DNA of 64,000 nt from a virus (IMGVR_UViG_3300033144_006696:59867-123866); one strand, 5' to 3'; shown: positions 20,804 to 30,294, counted from the first letter of the stretch. A program made the numbers and translations. Notes: a model not told the origin generated them from the letters alone.

Positions 20804-21019
20804 TCATAACTTATATTTTTCAACATTTTCAACATCAAGAGCTTTTTCATAACACTCACACATATTACAATCATATTCAGTTAATTTATATTTACACCAA
20901 TAAATATTTGGAGGAAATTTTATGTTTTGTATATTTTTAGTATATGTACAAAAAGGTTCTGCAATTGTACTGCATTTGCGATTTGCATTATATGTACAAG
21001 TTAAATATTTATTTTTCAT
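20804..21019 (-). CDS. Cys-rich hypothetical protein
   Basis: ORF with six Cys. Confidence 0.45.
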   Translation of the reverse strand: MKNKYLTCTYNANRKCSTIAEPFCTYTKNIQNIKFPPNIYWCKYKLTEYDCNMCECYEKALDVENVEKYKL

Positions 21020-21048
21020 TATATTACTTCTTTTGTTAATTTCATATT

Positions 21049-22275
21049 CTATCCTTTACGCCCGCAGACAGGGCAAGCTTGATTAATCCATATTTCTTTG
21101 TATGTTATTTCTTCCTCATTCAAAGTTTTAATCACCCATTCAAGATCTTTTTTATTTGTACTAAATTTTTCCAGAACTGCTTCAATTTTTTCAATTTCAT
21201 CCTTATATTTTGTAATTTCAGTTTGTTTAAAATCAAGCTGTTTTAAAGCTGTTGCTGCTTCAGTGATATCAGTAGTAGCATTCAATTGTGTATTAACGTC
21301 ATTCAGTGTGATAATCAAGTTAAATAGAGTATTATATGCTGATTTTTTATCAAAGATTGTTTGATTATATTTTTTAAGTTTTTTAATTTCTAAATTCACT
21401 TGAACCAAATAATCATAATGTGTTAATTTATTATCTACTTTATTTAGCTCATCAAGAACATTATTGAGTTTTTTATATTCAGAAGATTTAATTGCTAATT
21501 GCTTTTGTTTTGTTTTCAATTCATTAATTTCTTTAACAGCTTCATCAACCATTAAATATTCAGCAATCTCAAGATCTACTTTATTTATTTCATAAATTAC
21601 AGAATCTAATTCATCACATATCTCTTGTTTATTCATTATCTTGAATTCAATATCTTCAAGTTTTGATGCCATTTTTTTAGCGAAATCAACCCATTCCGTA
21701 TTTTCTATCTCTTCTAATCTTGTATCAATTTCAAGTTTGGACACTTTTATTAAAGTATTACAGGATCTGACTTGTGAATTTATGTTTTGTATAGCTTTAT
21801 CCATTACAACAAGTCCAGCAACTTTATTGAACTCTTTTGCAATTTGTCCAGGTTTGTCACCAATTAGAAAATATTGATCACTGGGATGTTGAGTCTGTAT
21901 ATTTACATCTTTTATTCTGGTAATTTCTTGAACTTCATCAGGAACATCTGATTTTAAAGCTCTTAAAGGCTCTCCATCATTTATCTCATAATGATTAACT
22001 CCGCCTGAAGCTCCATCTCTTGCTCGTAAAATATTTTTTTTATCATATTTTATATTTACTTCTGTTAATTTAAGTTTATCCTTTTTTGAATCACTTAATG
22101 AATCACTTCTATAACTATCTCCTTGTGGACGATTATGTGCATTCCATTTTATTGCTCTAATTATACTGGACTTTCCGTTGTCACTCTCACCAACCAGAAC
22201 ATTACAGCCAGAATGTAATTCAATATGTGTATCTTTATGAGATTCAAAATTTTTGATTGATATGGAATTTATCAT
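21049..22275 (-). CDS. sbcC: SbcC/Rad50 ATPase, N-terminal half
   Basis: SIKNFESH, Walker A GESDNGKSS, long coiled coil ending in CPVC zinc hook. Confidence 0.85.
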   Translation of the reverse strand: MINSISIKNFESHKDTHIELHSGCNVLVGESDNGKSSIIRAIKWNAHNRPQGDSYRSDSLSDSKKDKLKLTEVNIKYDKKNILRARDGASGGVNHYEINDGEPLRALKSDVPDEVQEITRIKDVNIQTQHPSDQYFLIGDKPGQIAKEFNKVAGLVVMDKAIQNINSQVRSCNTLIKVSKLEIDTRLEEIENTEWVDFAKKMASKLEDIEFKIMNKQEICDELDSVIYEINKVDLEIAEYLMVDEAVKEINELKTKQKQLAIKSSEYKKLNNVLDELNKVDNKLTHYDYLVQVNLEIKKLKKYNQTIFDKKSAYNTLFNLIITLNDVNTQLNATTDITEAATALKQLDFKQTEITKYKDEIEKIEAVLEKFSTNKKDLEWVIKTLNEEEITYKEIWINQACPVCGRKG

Positions 22276-22286
22276 TTTGAATCCTT

Positions 22287-22589
22287 TTATTTTCTTTTTA
22301 CATAAATTGTTGGCACATGACCTTGTGCATTTTCAATTTTTAAATAAAGACCTTTTTGATCAACAATAATATCACTTATTCTTTTCAACATCTCTTGTTG
22401 TGTGACGAAATTATTATCATGATTATATATCGGAACTGACATATTAAAATTTAATGAATGTTCAATAAATGCAATTGCCATCAAATATGTTCTTCCTGAA
22501 CCTCTTTGTCCCATTGGATTAGTCAACCATTTAACTGCTTCATAATACTTGAATTGATTTTTACATAAATTTATTGAAAATGGTTTCAT
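22287..22589 (-). CDS. hypothetical protein (degenerate P-loop)
   Basis: GQRGSGRT. Confidence 0.5.
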   Translation of the reverse strand: MKPFSINLCKNQFKYYEAVKWLTNPMGQRGSGRTYLMAIAFIEHSLNFNMSVPIYNHDNNFVTQQEMLKRISDIIVDQKGLYLKIENAQGHVPTIYVKRK

Positions 22590-22958
22590 TTATTTACCTT
22601 TTAATAATTCTATCGATGCACTCTTTATATTAATTATCATTTTGCCGCTGATAGATGTCACGAAGGGAATATCAGTGATTGGAAATTCAAGGACTATTAT
22701 TGAATCTTCTGGTAATTGTATTTTACCTTGATCTTCTAAGCCAACCATTTTATCTGGAATCATTCCTGGCAGGGCTTTTAATTCTATCAATTCGTCCACA
22801 TCATCAGGATTTAAATCAGTTGGTACTTCATACTCCTTGTAATTATCTTCTTTGTTAGCCGTACATAAATACCAATCCATATCTCCATCTATTTCTTCCT
22901 CACTCACCCATGATCCATCGGGCCAGACCATAATAATTATGTGATTTTTATCAGTCAT
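22590..22958 (-). CDS. hypothetical acidic protein
   Basis: GGAG SD; VWPDGSW. Confidence 0.55.
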   Translation of the reverse strand: MTDKNHIIIMVWPDGSWVSEEEIDGDMDWYLCTANKEDNYKEYEVPTDLNPDDVDELIELKALPGMIPDKMVGLEDQGKIQLPEDSIIVLEFPITDIPFVTSISGKMIINIKSASIELLKGK

Positions 22959-22968
22959 TTTATCTCCA

Positions 22969-23415
22969 TTAATTATTTAATTTTTGCCATTCTTCCTGAA
23001 AATTACGACCAATCATAAAATCAACATAGATTGAATTATCTTGACGGAGATAATAATCAACAACATTTTTTAGATTCAATATTAATTCTTTTGGATATAT
23101 TGTTTTTGTTTCTTCAAGAAAACTGATGCAGAAGAGAACAATACTTGAAATATGAATATCTTCTTTCTTTTGATTATCTTTGGACATTATTTGATTGAAT
23201 TTTTTCAGGTAAATTTCAATTTCTTTTTTATTTTGGATAAAGATATTATTATCTCTTGCAAACATACCATTGAGTTGATTAGTGACAAAGAAGTCAATAT
23301 TTTGGAGTTTTGTTCTTAATCTTCCAGGTTTTAATGGTTCTTTTAAAAAAGACTGAAGAGACTTTAGAATACCTAACTCTGATAGTGTAACAAGTGTATT
23401 ATGTGAAGCTTTCAA
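22969..23415 (-). CDS. hypothetical protein
   Basis: TTG start with AGGAG SD. Confidence 0.5.
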   Translation of the reverse strand: MKASHNTLVTLSELGILKSLQSFLKEPLKPGRLRTKLQNIDFFVTNQLNGMFARDNNIFIQNKKEIEIYLKKFNQIMSKDNQKKEDIHISSIVLFCISFLEETKTIYPKELILNLKNVVDYYLRQDNSIYVDFMIGRNFQEEWQKLNN

Positions 23416-23429
23416 AATAAATCTCCTTT

Positions 23430-24167
23430 TTATAATGGATATCTTTTCCGCATGGAAAGAACATCATTTCTTATTTTTTCTTTAATATCATAAAAATTTG
23501 TAAATAAACAAGAATAACTTTGCATTGCACTTTCTCCACAATTATATGATGTAGTTCCTTTGCCTGGATGCGATATTCCTTTGTTCAAATCAACATCAAT
23601 TCTTGTAATAGAAGACTTAGGAACATACCATCTACGTATTCTCGTGAATTCTTCAATAATGTATTTAGCTTTGTAATCTCCTTCTGGCATTGCTATTGTT
23701 AAATTACCAGAAGATATAATTTCTTTGACCGTTTTATAATCACCAAGAAAGAAATCAATAAGATTAAAATTCCAAGAATGCTTGAATGTACTTCCTTTAC
23801 TATATCCACATTCATCACAGAACCAAGAAAACCAAATAGTCCAATCAAATATCCTGACATTAGTTGTTAATCCATTGTATATCTGTTTTTTATGGAACCA
23901 ATTTCTGATTTTCTTTGTAAATATACTCTCATACACAAAATAAAATCTACCTATAATTGGAAGACTTAGATTACATTGAAAATCTTCTTCTTCATCCCCG
24001 ATGGTAAATCCAATTGAGCAATGAATCCCGCCAAAATGCCATTCAGTTCTAAACTCTTGCTGGTTTTTTCGTCCTAATCTTAACCAGCATCTACCAGCTT
24101 TAAGCATTGATTTTTTATCAAGCACTTGTGAATGAAAATGATAAATTGGTTCACTTAAATTTTTCAT
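23430..24167 (-). CDS. hypothetical phage protein
   Basis: GAGG SD; HPGKGTTSYNCGE motif. Confidence 0.6.
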   Translation of the reverse strand: MKNLSEPIYHFHSQVLDKKSMLKAGRCWLRLGRKNQQEFRTEWHFGGIHCSIGFTIGDEEEDFQCNLSLPIIGRFYFVYESIFTKKIRNWFHKKQIYNGLTTNVRIFDWTIWFSWFCDECGYSKGSTFKHSWNFNLIDFFLGDYKTVKEIISSGNLTIAMPEGDYKAKYIIEEFTRIRRWYVPKSSITRIDVDLNKGISHPGKGTTSYNCGESAMQSYSCLFTNFYDIKEKIRNDVLSMRKRYPL

Positions 24168-24396
24168 TTCTTTTCCTCAATCTCACCAAAAAATTCATTT
24201 AGTTCTGGATCATCAACATCAATATACAATAAGTCAAAAAATCACAAGAATTATTAGTTAGCCCAATAACATGTTCATAGTGATCACTACCATGTCTATT
24301 CGTAACTGTTGGTGCTATGTAAAAAATCGTACCCTTTGGAATTATAATATCTTTCTTTAGTATTTTTGGCATTTGTATTTGCTCCTTTATTTTAAA

Positions 24397-25017
24397 TTAA
24401 ATTTTCTTTCGTTTTCTTTTTCGTAATTTGTTATTTGCTTTAAAAACAGCATTTGCAAATCCTTCGGGGGTAGTACTTCTTATCTCAACCCTTTCTGGAG
24501 TATTAGGAAGCAAATGCATTTTACTACCTTGTGTTGGTTCAACCTCGTTCTTGATAGGCATTATGAAACCACCGCCAGTCCATAAACATGTTCTTTTTTT
24601 ATATGGATCACCATACATGTATGGATGAAAAGTGTAATTTGGTTTTCTCCAATATGTGCTTATTGTACTTACAGGATTTTCAATGTAATATGGTGCTTCG
24701 CACCATTCTGCAATTTTAATTGAAACTTCAAATAATTTTAATGCATTAATCAAAGCACCAATACCTTTATCTTTGAACCATCTTGCTCCAGATACTGCTA
24801 CATCTGTACATGGAGGATAGAATGCTGCAAATTTAATATTGCCTTTTGGGGGTAACCAATTTAGCATATCTGCGCCAACTTTTATTATATTTCCTTCTTT
24901 ATGCTCTCCTTTAGTATGTTGTATATCAACACAATAACAAAAATAACCAGCATCAGCCCATGGTTTTGCTCCAATAGTGGATTTATCAAAACAACTGATC
25001 ATTACAGGTCTACTCAT
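24397..25017 (-). CDS. DNA cytosine methyltransferase-like protein
   Basis: YPPCTDVAVSGARWF (motif IV), IENPVS (motif VI), KRTCLW, RSTTPEGFA. Confidence 0.8.
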   Translation of the reverse strand: MSRPVMISCFDKSTIGAKPWADAGYFCYCVDIQHTKGEHKEGNIIKVGADMLNWLPPKGNIKFAAFYPPCTDVAVSGARWFKDKGIGALINALKLFEVSIKIAEWCEAPYYIENPVSTISTYWRKPNYTFHPYMYGDPYKKRTCLWTGGGFIMPIKNEVEPTQGSKMHLLPNTPERVEIRSTTPEGFANAVFKANNKLRKRKRKKI

Positions 25018-25190
25018 CTTTTAAATCTCTCTTTTAGTAATTTTCTATTTTTATGCAATTCCAAAAGTAATTCTTGAATTGCATTTTTATTTTCATCATT
25101 TGTTAAATGCTCATTACCTTTTAATTCAAGAAAAAGAGAATCAGATAAACGATCACATAATAGAATCATTTTATTTATGGTTTCGTTCAT
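25014..25190 (-). CDS. small hypothetical protein (58 aa)
   Basis: Read manually; ATGA overlaps at both ends. Confidence 0.5.
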   Translation of the reverse strand: MNETINKMILLCDRLSDSLFLELKGNEHLTNDENKNAIQELLLELHKNRKLLKERFKR

Positions 25191-25381
25191 TTGGCATCAT
25201 CTCTTGTTGATTCTACTCTTTTCAGATTTGATTCTTTACAGTCTTTATTCCAAAGTCTTGACTTGCATTGAGGGCACGCAATTGGCTTTTTAGTTCTTGG
25301 CAGCCATTTATGATTGCATCTTTTGCAGGTTAATTCAATAAACACTTCATTAAACACTTCACGCACTTTTTGATCTTTCAT
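25187..25381 (-). CDS. zinc-ribbon protein
   Basis: CKRCNHKW...CPQCKSRLWN. Confidence 0.65.
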   Translation of the reverse strand: MKDQKVREVFNEVFIELTCKRCNHKWLPRTKKPIACPQCKSRLWNKDCKESNLKRVESTRDDAK

Positions 25382-25397
25382 TTAATAAGTTTTCCTT

Positions 25398-26168
25398 TTA
25401 TTTGTATTTTTCTTTCAATCTATTACAAAAATAAATCTGACCTAAAGGAGTAATCATTACTCTCTTTGATAATCTGACACCAAATAATGTGTTATAAGTG
25501 GTTTCTATTACATTGAAAAAGCCTTTTTCTAACATATTTTGGTAGGGTAAATTGTTATCCATGATATATTTCTGAGTTCTCATCCATTTATAAAGACGAT
25601 TCCTGCCAATACCTAAATGTTGATCTTTAACGAGTTTGGCAAATGTTTCAAAATCAATTGCATCATTAGAATTAGAAACTTGTTCTGCAAATTCTACAAG
25701 TGGTTTATCATTCTTGATTTTCTCCTCTAATGTTATTGCTTTCTTTTCTGCTTTATAATAAGCTTCTAATAATTCTAATTTAGTTCTTGGTTGAATTGAA
25801 TATGATCCTGTTTTCCTAATTGTAGGTAAAACTTCTGTTTTTATCCATTTTTTGAAAGCTTTTGCTTTGGGCATTTTACTACCAAAAATTGCCTCATATA
25901 ATCCTGATTCATTTATAACTGTTTGATTTCTATACTGATTTGAGCTGACATTCCGTAACGGCGTGTTAGCTTTTTCATCTTTATCAAGTCTTTTAGTCAT
26001 TTTATTTGTGCCAGAATATTCTAAAATATCTGCAATCTCTTTGGCAATAAACCAAGCTTCTCCGTCTTTTTCAAGAACAGTAAGTTTTCCAAATTCATTA
26101 TTTTTGAAAATTGTTAATTCTGAATTTTTATTTACTTTAATTTTTTCAATTCGTTGTAATTTTTTCAT
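25398..26168 (-). CDS. BRO-N plus ANT/KilAC antirepressor
   Basis: WFIAKEIADILEY, INESGLYEAI, EVLPTIRKTGSY, IGRNRLYKWMR, ITPLGQ. Confidence 0.9.
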   Translation of the reverse strand: MKKLQRIEKIKVNKNSELTIFKNNEFGKLTVLEKDGEAWFIAKEIADILEYSGTNKMTKRLDKDEKANTPLRNVSSNQYRNQTVINESGLYEAIFGSKMPKAKAFKKWIKTEVLPTIRKTGSYSIQPRTKLELLEAYYKAEKKAITLEEKIKNDKPLVEFAEQVSNSNDAIDFETFAKLVKDQHLGIGRNRLYKWMRTQKYIMDNNLPYQNMLEKGFFNVIETTYNTLFGVRLSKRVMITPLGQIYFCNRLKEKYK

Positions 26169-26198
26169 TCTTACTCCTTTATAATTAATGTTGAAAAT

Positions 26199-26227
26199 AC
26201 AGTATCATGATAAAGAAGCAATGTCAA
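26199..26227 (-). promoter_or_regulatory. sigma70-like promoter for the BRO gene
   Basis: TTGACA-17-TACTGT. Confidence 0.55.
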
Positions 26228-26263
26228 TTTATTATTTTTTCATTGATTTGAGTCGATTTTATA

Positions 26264-26292
26264 TTGACTTTTTCACTTGATTATCATAATAT
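26264..26292 (+). promoter_or_regulatory. sigma70-like promoter, duplicated at 56056
   Basis: TTGACT-17-TAATAT; near-identical block at 56056-56084. Confidence 0.7.
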
Positions 26293-26315
26293 GATTTCTC
26301 AATAAAATAAATAAC

Positions 26316-26344
26316 TTGCTTCATAATAATATCTCTGTTACACT
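26316..26344 (+). promoter_or_regulatory. cassette B promoter
   Basis: TTGCTT-17-TACACT before the leader. Confidence 0.6.
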
Positions 26345-26346
26345 TC

Positions 26347-26436
26347 AGTCATTCAAATTGTGGGAATAGATTCAGCCTTATAACCTGAATTGAAAATCGG
26401 CTTTGTTAACCGACCTTCCCACATCTTTTTAATGAC
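26347..26436 (+). ncRNA. cloverleaf leader RNA, copy B
   Basis: GUCAU/AUGAC, UGUGGGAA/UUCCCACA, AUUCAG/CUGAAU, UCGG/CCGA stems. Confidence 0.6.
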
Positions 26437-26458
26437 ACACCGTAACAAAGGTGAAAGT

Positions 26459-27073
26459 ATGAATCAGAAATTTAGTGATGAAATTTATGAAAAACTCCTC
26501 GAAGATCCTCCTTTAGCAAAATTATACCTTTCTGGCTATCCTGAACAAAAATCCAAAGTAAAGAAAATATTCCCAAAAGATTTTATTTGGTGGAAGAATA
26601 AAAAATTCAATAATATCAAAAAGAGATATAAACCTATTGAAGCCATAATTACTGAATTTAACAGTAAACCTAATAGATTATCTCACACTAAAGCTCTTAT
26701 AGAATGTGAAGGAATGGATTTAAAGCATTATGTCTTTATAAAAAATAAGAATAAGAGTAAAAGAGATAAAAGTAATCAATACAAACATCCAGCATTGTTA
26801 AAATTAAACTGTAAGGTGATGATTGCTGAAAAACTGGGCATTTCTATTTATTCAATAAAAGAATATATTGCAATGCTTGTCCGGTGCGGCATATTAAGAG
26901 TCACACATCTTGGAAATGGAAAAATATATCTTTCATCAGGTTATTGGCAATTTTATCCATGCGAAGACAAAACAACAAGATATAAAGTTCAACCATACAT
27001 GAATGAAAAAATCGGAAAAAACCTTCTTGATCCAGACAAAGCTTATCTTAGAAAACCAAAATTAAAATTTTAA
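26459..27073 (+). CDS. cassette B wHTH DNA-binding protein
   Basis: MIAEKLGISIYSIKEYIAMLVRCGILRV winged HTH; homologous to 56674-57243; start at ATG with AAGGTG SD. Confidence 0.75.
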   Translation: MNQKFSDEIYEKLLEDPPLAKLYLSGYPEQKSKVKKIFPKDFIWWKNKKFNNIKKRYKPIEAIITEFNSKPNRLSHTKALIECEGMDLKHYVFIKNKNKSKRDKSNQYKHPALLKLNCKVMIAEKLGISIYSIKEYIAMLVRCGILRVTHLGNGKIYLSSGYWQFYPCEDKTTRYKVQPYMNEKIGKNLLDPDKAYLRKPKLKF

Positions 27074-27075
27074 TT

Positions 27076-27119
27076 AAAGGGAATATTCAAACAAACTATC
27101 TTTGAATATTCCCTTTTTT
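27076..27119 (+). terminator. intrinsic terminator
   Basis: AAAGGGAATATTCAAA/TTTGAATATTCCCTTT followed by T-run. Confidence 0.8.
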
Positions 27120-27148
27120 ATAAAATTGAAATGTATTACGATGTAATT

Positions 27149-27247
27149 TCATGGGTGTGTCGGACACACCCATGATTATTCCCTAAAACACACCCATGAT
27201 TTTCTAAGAAGTGCGTCAATGCTGGATGTTGAAAATCATGGGTGTGT
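27149..27247. repeat. four ACACACCCATGA repeats in two inverted pairs, cassette B
   Basis: 27149-27175 tight pair; 27188-27247 wide pair. Confidence 0.9.
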
Positions 27248-27471
27248 TGAAGCATTTATACATTTCTTTCATCTCTTTAATGATTTCAATAAGTTACAAG
27301 GATTTTCAAAACTACTTTTTGAAGTCTCCCTATTAAAACCTACATACTTACTGTATATATATAGAATACTTCATATTTTATTTTAATTTGTTAATACTCC
27401 TTTGGAGCTAAGACGTTACACATCTTCTTTATTATCAAATTAAAAAAAAGATAAAGTATTACGCGTTGTTC

Positions 27472-27700
27472 CAACGCTGGGGAAAGAGGCTTCGCCTTGG
27501 TTGCAAGAGCTTAATCCTATTGCATATCATTACTCATTGCAAATTCATGAATATCATTGCACAACAAGATCAATTCTTGTTCATTGCAGAGCATTTCAGA
27601 AATATCCTATATATTGCTATTCAAGATTATCATTGCAATTCTAAGAACATCTTATTGCACATCAGGGGAGTATTCCGGTTTTGAACATATGCTTATATTA
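27472..27700 (+). repeat. conserved cassette tail, copy B
   Basis: High identity to 57559-57776; repeated ATTGCA; GAGTATTCCGGTTTTG. Confidence 0.8.
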
Positions 27701-27890
27701 ATACTAAACCACGTCCAATTTTATATTTGTGTTTTGGTCTACTGTATTCTAAATCAGATATTTTACGATCTATTTCTCTATTTTTCTTTGCATCTTCACA
27801 ATTACACTCAAAGTAATTTGTCATTTCATCCCAATGCTCTTTCTTTTCTTGACCACAAAAAAAGCATGTACTGCTAAAATCGTTTTCCAT
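27693..27890 (-). CDS. small Cys-containing protein
   Basis: GGAGG SD; CFFC, CNC. Confidence 0.55.
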   Translation of the reverse strand: MENDFSSTCFFCGQEKKEHWDEMTNYFECNCEDAKKNREIDRKISDLEYSRPKHKYKIGRGLVLI

Positions 27891-27915
27891 ATTTCCTCCA
27901 ATAAGAATTAATATA

Positions 27916-28110
27916 TTATAAAGTTGAACTTGTTGTAATGAAATGGTCTTTCAGAATAAATTTTGGACATAACCACCCATTTATTGAAGCCCGTAATTCT
28001 CCAGAAAAATTCATATATTCTTTATAGTCAATACTTGTCTGTGATTTACATCGTTGACATTGTGTTGCCAATGGACAATATGTTGCTATACAATACACAT
28101 CTATAATCAT
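27916..28110 (-). CDS. small Cys-rich phage protein
   Basis: CIATYCPLATQCQRC. Confidence 0.5.
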   Translation of the reverse strand: MIIDVYCIATYCPLATQCQRCKSQTSIDYKEYMNFSGELRASINGWLCPKFILKDHFITTSSTL

Positions 28111-28137
28111 TTTATTCCCATCAAATTTAATGCACTG

Positions 28138-28371
28138 TTAATTCTTATCTGTTTTTGGACATATAGTAAGTGAAGGAAGTGTGCGTCTTGGTGTTTTTCC
28201 CAAATAAAATTTACAATCATTACACTTATTTATAAATCCAAATTCTCCTAAAAGTTTATATAATTGACTTATAGGATCAACAGGTTCTTCTTTTAATCTA
28301 TCTCTTAATTCCTCTGGAGATAATGTAAGTAGTTCTTCAAAAACTTTCTGCATTGCCTGATTGACATCCAT
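28138..28371 (-). CDS. hypothetical protein
   Basis: AAGGAG SD. Confidence 0.5.
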   Translation of the reverse strand: MDVNQAMQKVFEELLTLSPEELRDRLKEEPVDPISQLYKLLGEFGFINKCNDCKFYLGKTPRRTLPSLTICPKTDKN

Positions 28372-28402
28372 ATTTCTCCTTTAAAATAGATTATCTGTTT
28401 TT

Positions 28403-29173
28403 TCATATAAGCACTCTTTGTTTTGGTTTTTTCTCATTTTTTATTGCTTCAATAATTCTATTCTTTGCAATTTTGAAATATTTAGATTCTTTTTCAATAC
28501 CTATGCCGTTTCTGTTTAAGTTTTTAGCTGCTACTATAGTTGTTCCACTGCCCATTGTAAAATCCAAAACTGTTTCGTTTTCATTTGTATATGTTTTAAT
28601 TAAGTATTCCATTAGTGTTACTGGCTTTTGGGTTGGGTGTACTGTCCTCCCTAATTCTCTGGGGTAGTTTAAATATGTTATGGGATATTTATATTTATAA
28701 GTTTTTTCTGTCCACTTTTTATCAGGATTATTTTTAACAGGAATAGCTTCGCTTGTTTTTACACTGCCTGCATTAATAGGTTTATCTCTCAGTGTCATTT
28801 GTGGGTAATAATTTGGTAATGTTTTTTCTATACTAAAAACACTGATTGTTTCAATAGTTTTTAATGGCATCCTTTTAACTTGAACAAAATTACTGTCAAA
28901 TTTTTTATTCCAATACCAATCATACTTATAATTCTTAATATTACTCATCCGCAAAGCGGAACTGAAAGGTTCACTTCCAAACAATACAATTGCACCATTA
29001 GATTTAATTAGTTTATTAAGTCTTAACCACATCTTATCAAATGGTATAATTGAATCCCATTTGCAGGCAACAATTCCAAATGGTGGATCTGTGATAATAG
29101 CGTCTACTTTAATATTATCACAGATCAATTTATCCATTACATCTAAACAATCACCACGATAAAGTTTTATCAT
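28403..29173 (-). CDS. DNA N4/N6 methyltransferase (beta class)
   Basis: ITDPPFG, HPTQKP, VLDFTMGSGTT. Confidence 0.92.
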   Translation of the reverse strand: MIKLYRGDCLDVMDKLICDNIKVDAIITDPPFGIVACKWDSIIPFDKMWLRLNKLIKSNGAIVLFGSEPFSSALRMSNIKNYKYDWYWNKKFDSNFVQVKRMPLKTIETISVFSIEKTLPNYYPQMTLRDKPINAGSVKTSEAIPVKNNPDKKWTEKTYKYKYPITYLNYPRELGRTVHPTQKPVTLMEYLIKTYTNENETVLDFTMGSGTTIVAAKNLNRNGIGIEKESKYFKIAKNRIIEAIKNEKKPKQRVLI

Positions 29174-29184
29174 AATTATCTACT

Positions 29185-29940
29185 TTAATCTATAATTTCA
29201 ACTTCATATTTCATCAAAGAATCATAAACTCTGACATTCAAAACTTTTCTATATTTGTTTGCCATTATTTTAATCTGTTTTTCTTTTTCAATTTTATAAG
29301 CATTGAAAGCTTTTTTCGGAGTAGAAAATAATCCAAGGTGTTTTTGTTTTCCATTAATAGCCACTTTTGCTATATATTTATTTGATGGTTTATGAAAGTA
29401 TGCCCCAATAGGATATTTACCTCTTGAATTATCCCCCTTAATTAATAAACAATTAATTGAGTGTGGTACAAAAGAACAATTTTTTGAATTATAATGTTTA
29501 TTTCCTCTTTTTATTATATCTTTATTCAAATCTACTTTTTCATCAAGGAGTTCATAATGATTTTTATTATACCATTCTGCAAAGTTTTGAAAATTCAGCC
29601 ATTCATCACATATCGTTGCATTTTGATAAGTTAAATTTTTATTTATTATATAAGGATCATAACATCTTTGAATCATATTATACCATGTTTCATATTCAAT
29701 AGTCATTTTACAATTTATTTTTGCTTTATATTTACCAATTCCAAGATAACCAGTCTCATAAACAATGGGAAATAATGGATCTTTTACTTCACCATTTTTA
29801 AAATTATTGTATTGAGTTTTTATAATACTTCCAGTTTTAAATTGAACTTTGATATCCATACAACCGTTATATTTAATGATTTCCATTAAACCACAACTAC
29901 CTTCCCTAATTTCACCTATACGATCAATAAATGTTACCAT
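29185..29940 (-). CDS. HNH/AP2-type homing endonuclease copy 3 (intact)
   Basis: WYNMIQRCY, ICDEWLNFQNFAEW, NCSFVP, KHLGLFSTPKKAFNAYK; start set at ATG 29940. Confidence 0.75.
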   Translation of the reverse strand: MVTFIDRIGEIREGSCGLMEIIKYNGCMDIKVQFKTGSIIKTQYNNFKNGEVKDPLFPIVYETGYLGIGKYKAKINCKMTIEYETWYNMIQRCYDPYIINKNLTYQNATICDEWLNFQNFAEWYNKNHYELLDEKVDLNKDIIKRGNKHYNSKNCSFVPHSINCLLIKGDNSRGKYPIGAYFHKPSNKYIAKVAINGKQKHLGLFSTPKKAFNAYKIEKEKQIKIMANKYRKVLNVRVYDSLMKYEVEIID

Positions 29941-29960
29941 TTTAATTCCCCAAAATAAAA

Positions 29961-30025
29961 ATGGCAGTAAAGTAAATGGGGTGATATATATCAATAAATT
30001 GATATCCCATAAACAGAACTGCCAT
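29961..30025 (-). promoter_or_regulatory. ATGGCAG...CTGCCAT long hairpin
   Basis: Same family as 12223; ends 20 nt upstream of the endonuclease start. Confidence 0.55.
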
Positions 30026-30066
30026 ATTATCTACGAATTGTAAACTTGATATCACACAAGTTAATG

Positions 30067-30294
30067 TTAAAATTCAGCGGCGCTGCCACTCATATAAAGT
30101 TCATGATGAAACTCTCTGGCGTCCGTTGCAATTTCTTTATTAGGAGGCTGCTCAATTGCAACGAGTAGGCCCCTAACAAAAGGCTCCCATTCAGCCGGAA
30201 TTTCATACCCGAATAAGGGGCTATACTCTGGTGGCTTCAACTGGGGCCGTACTTCAAAATACTTTTTGATTAATTCGTGGTCGATATGTTCCAT
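30067..30294 (-). CDS. hypothetical protein in a GC-richer patch
   Basis: GAGGA SD; visibly higher GC than flanks. Confidence 0.5.
   Translation of the reverse strand: MEHIDHELIKKYFEVRPQLKPPEYSPLFGYEIPAEWEPFVRGLLVAIEQPPNKEIATDAREFHHELYMSGSAAEF

Noticed and set aside
24170-24385. Small gene between 23430 and 24397 (MPKILKKDIIIPKG...)
   Set aside because: Needs two frameshifts to reconstruct; cannot be supported without reads
27466-27684. ORFs in the cassette tails (27466-27684, 57517-57705) as a protein family
   Set aside because: Similarity follows from DNA repeats; no SD, different starts and ends, and the frame is not kept in copy A
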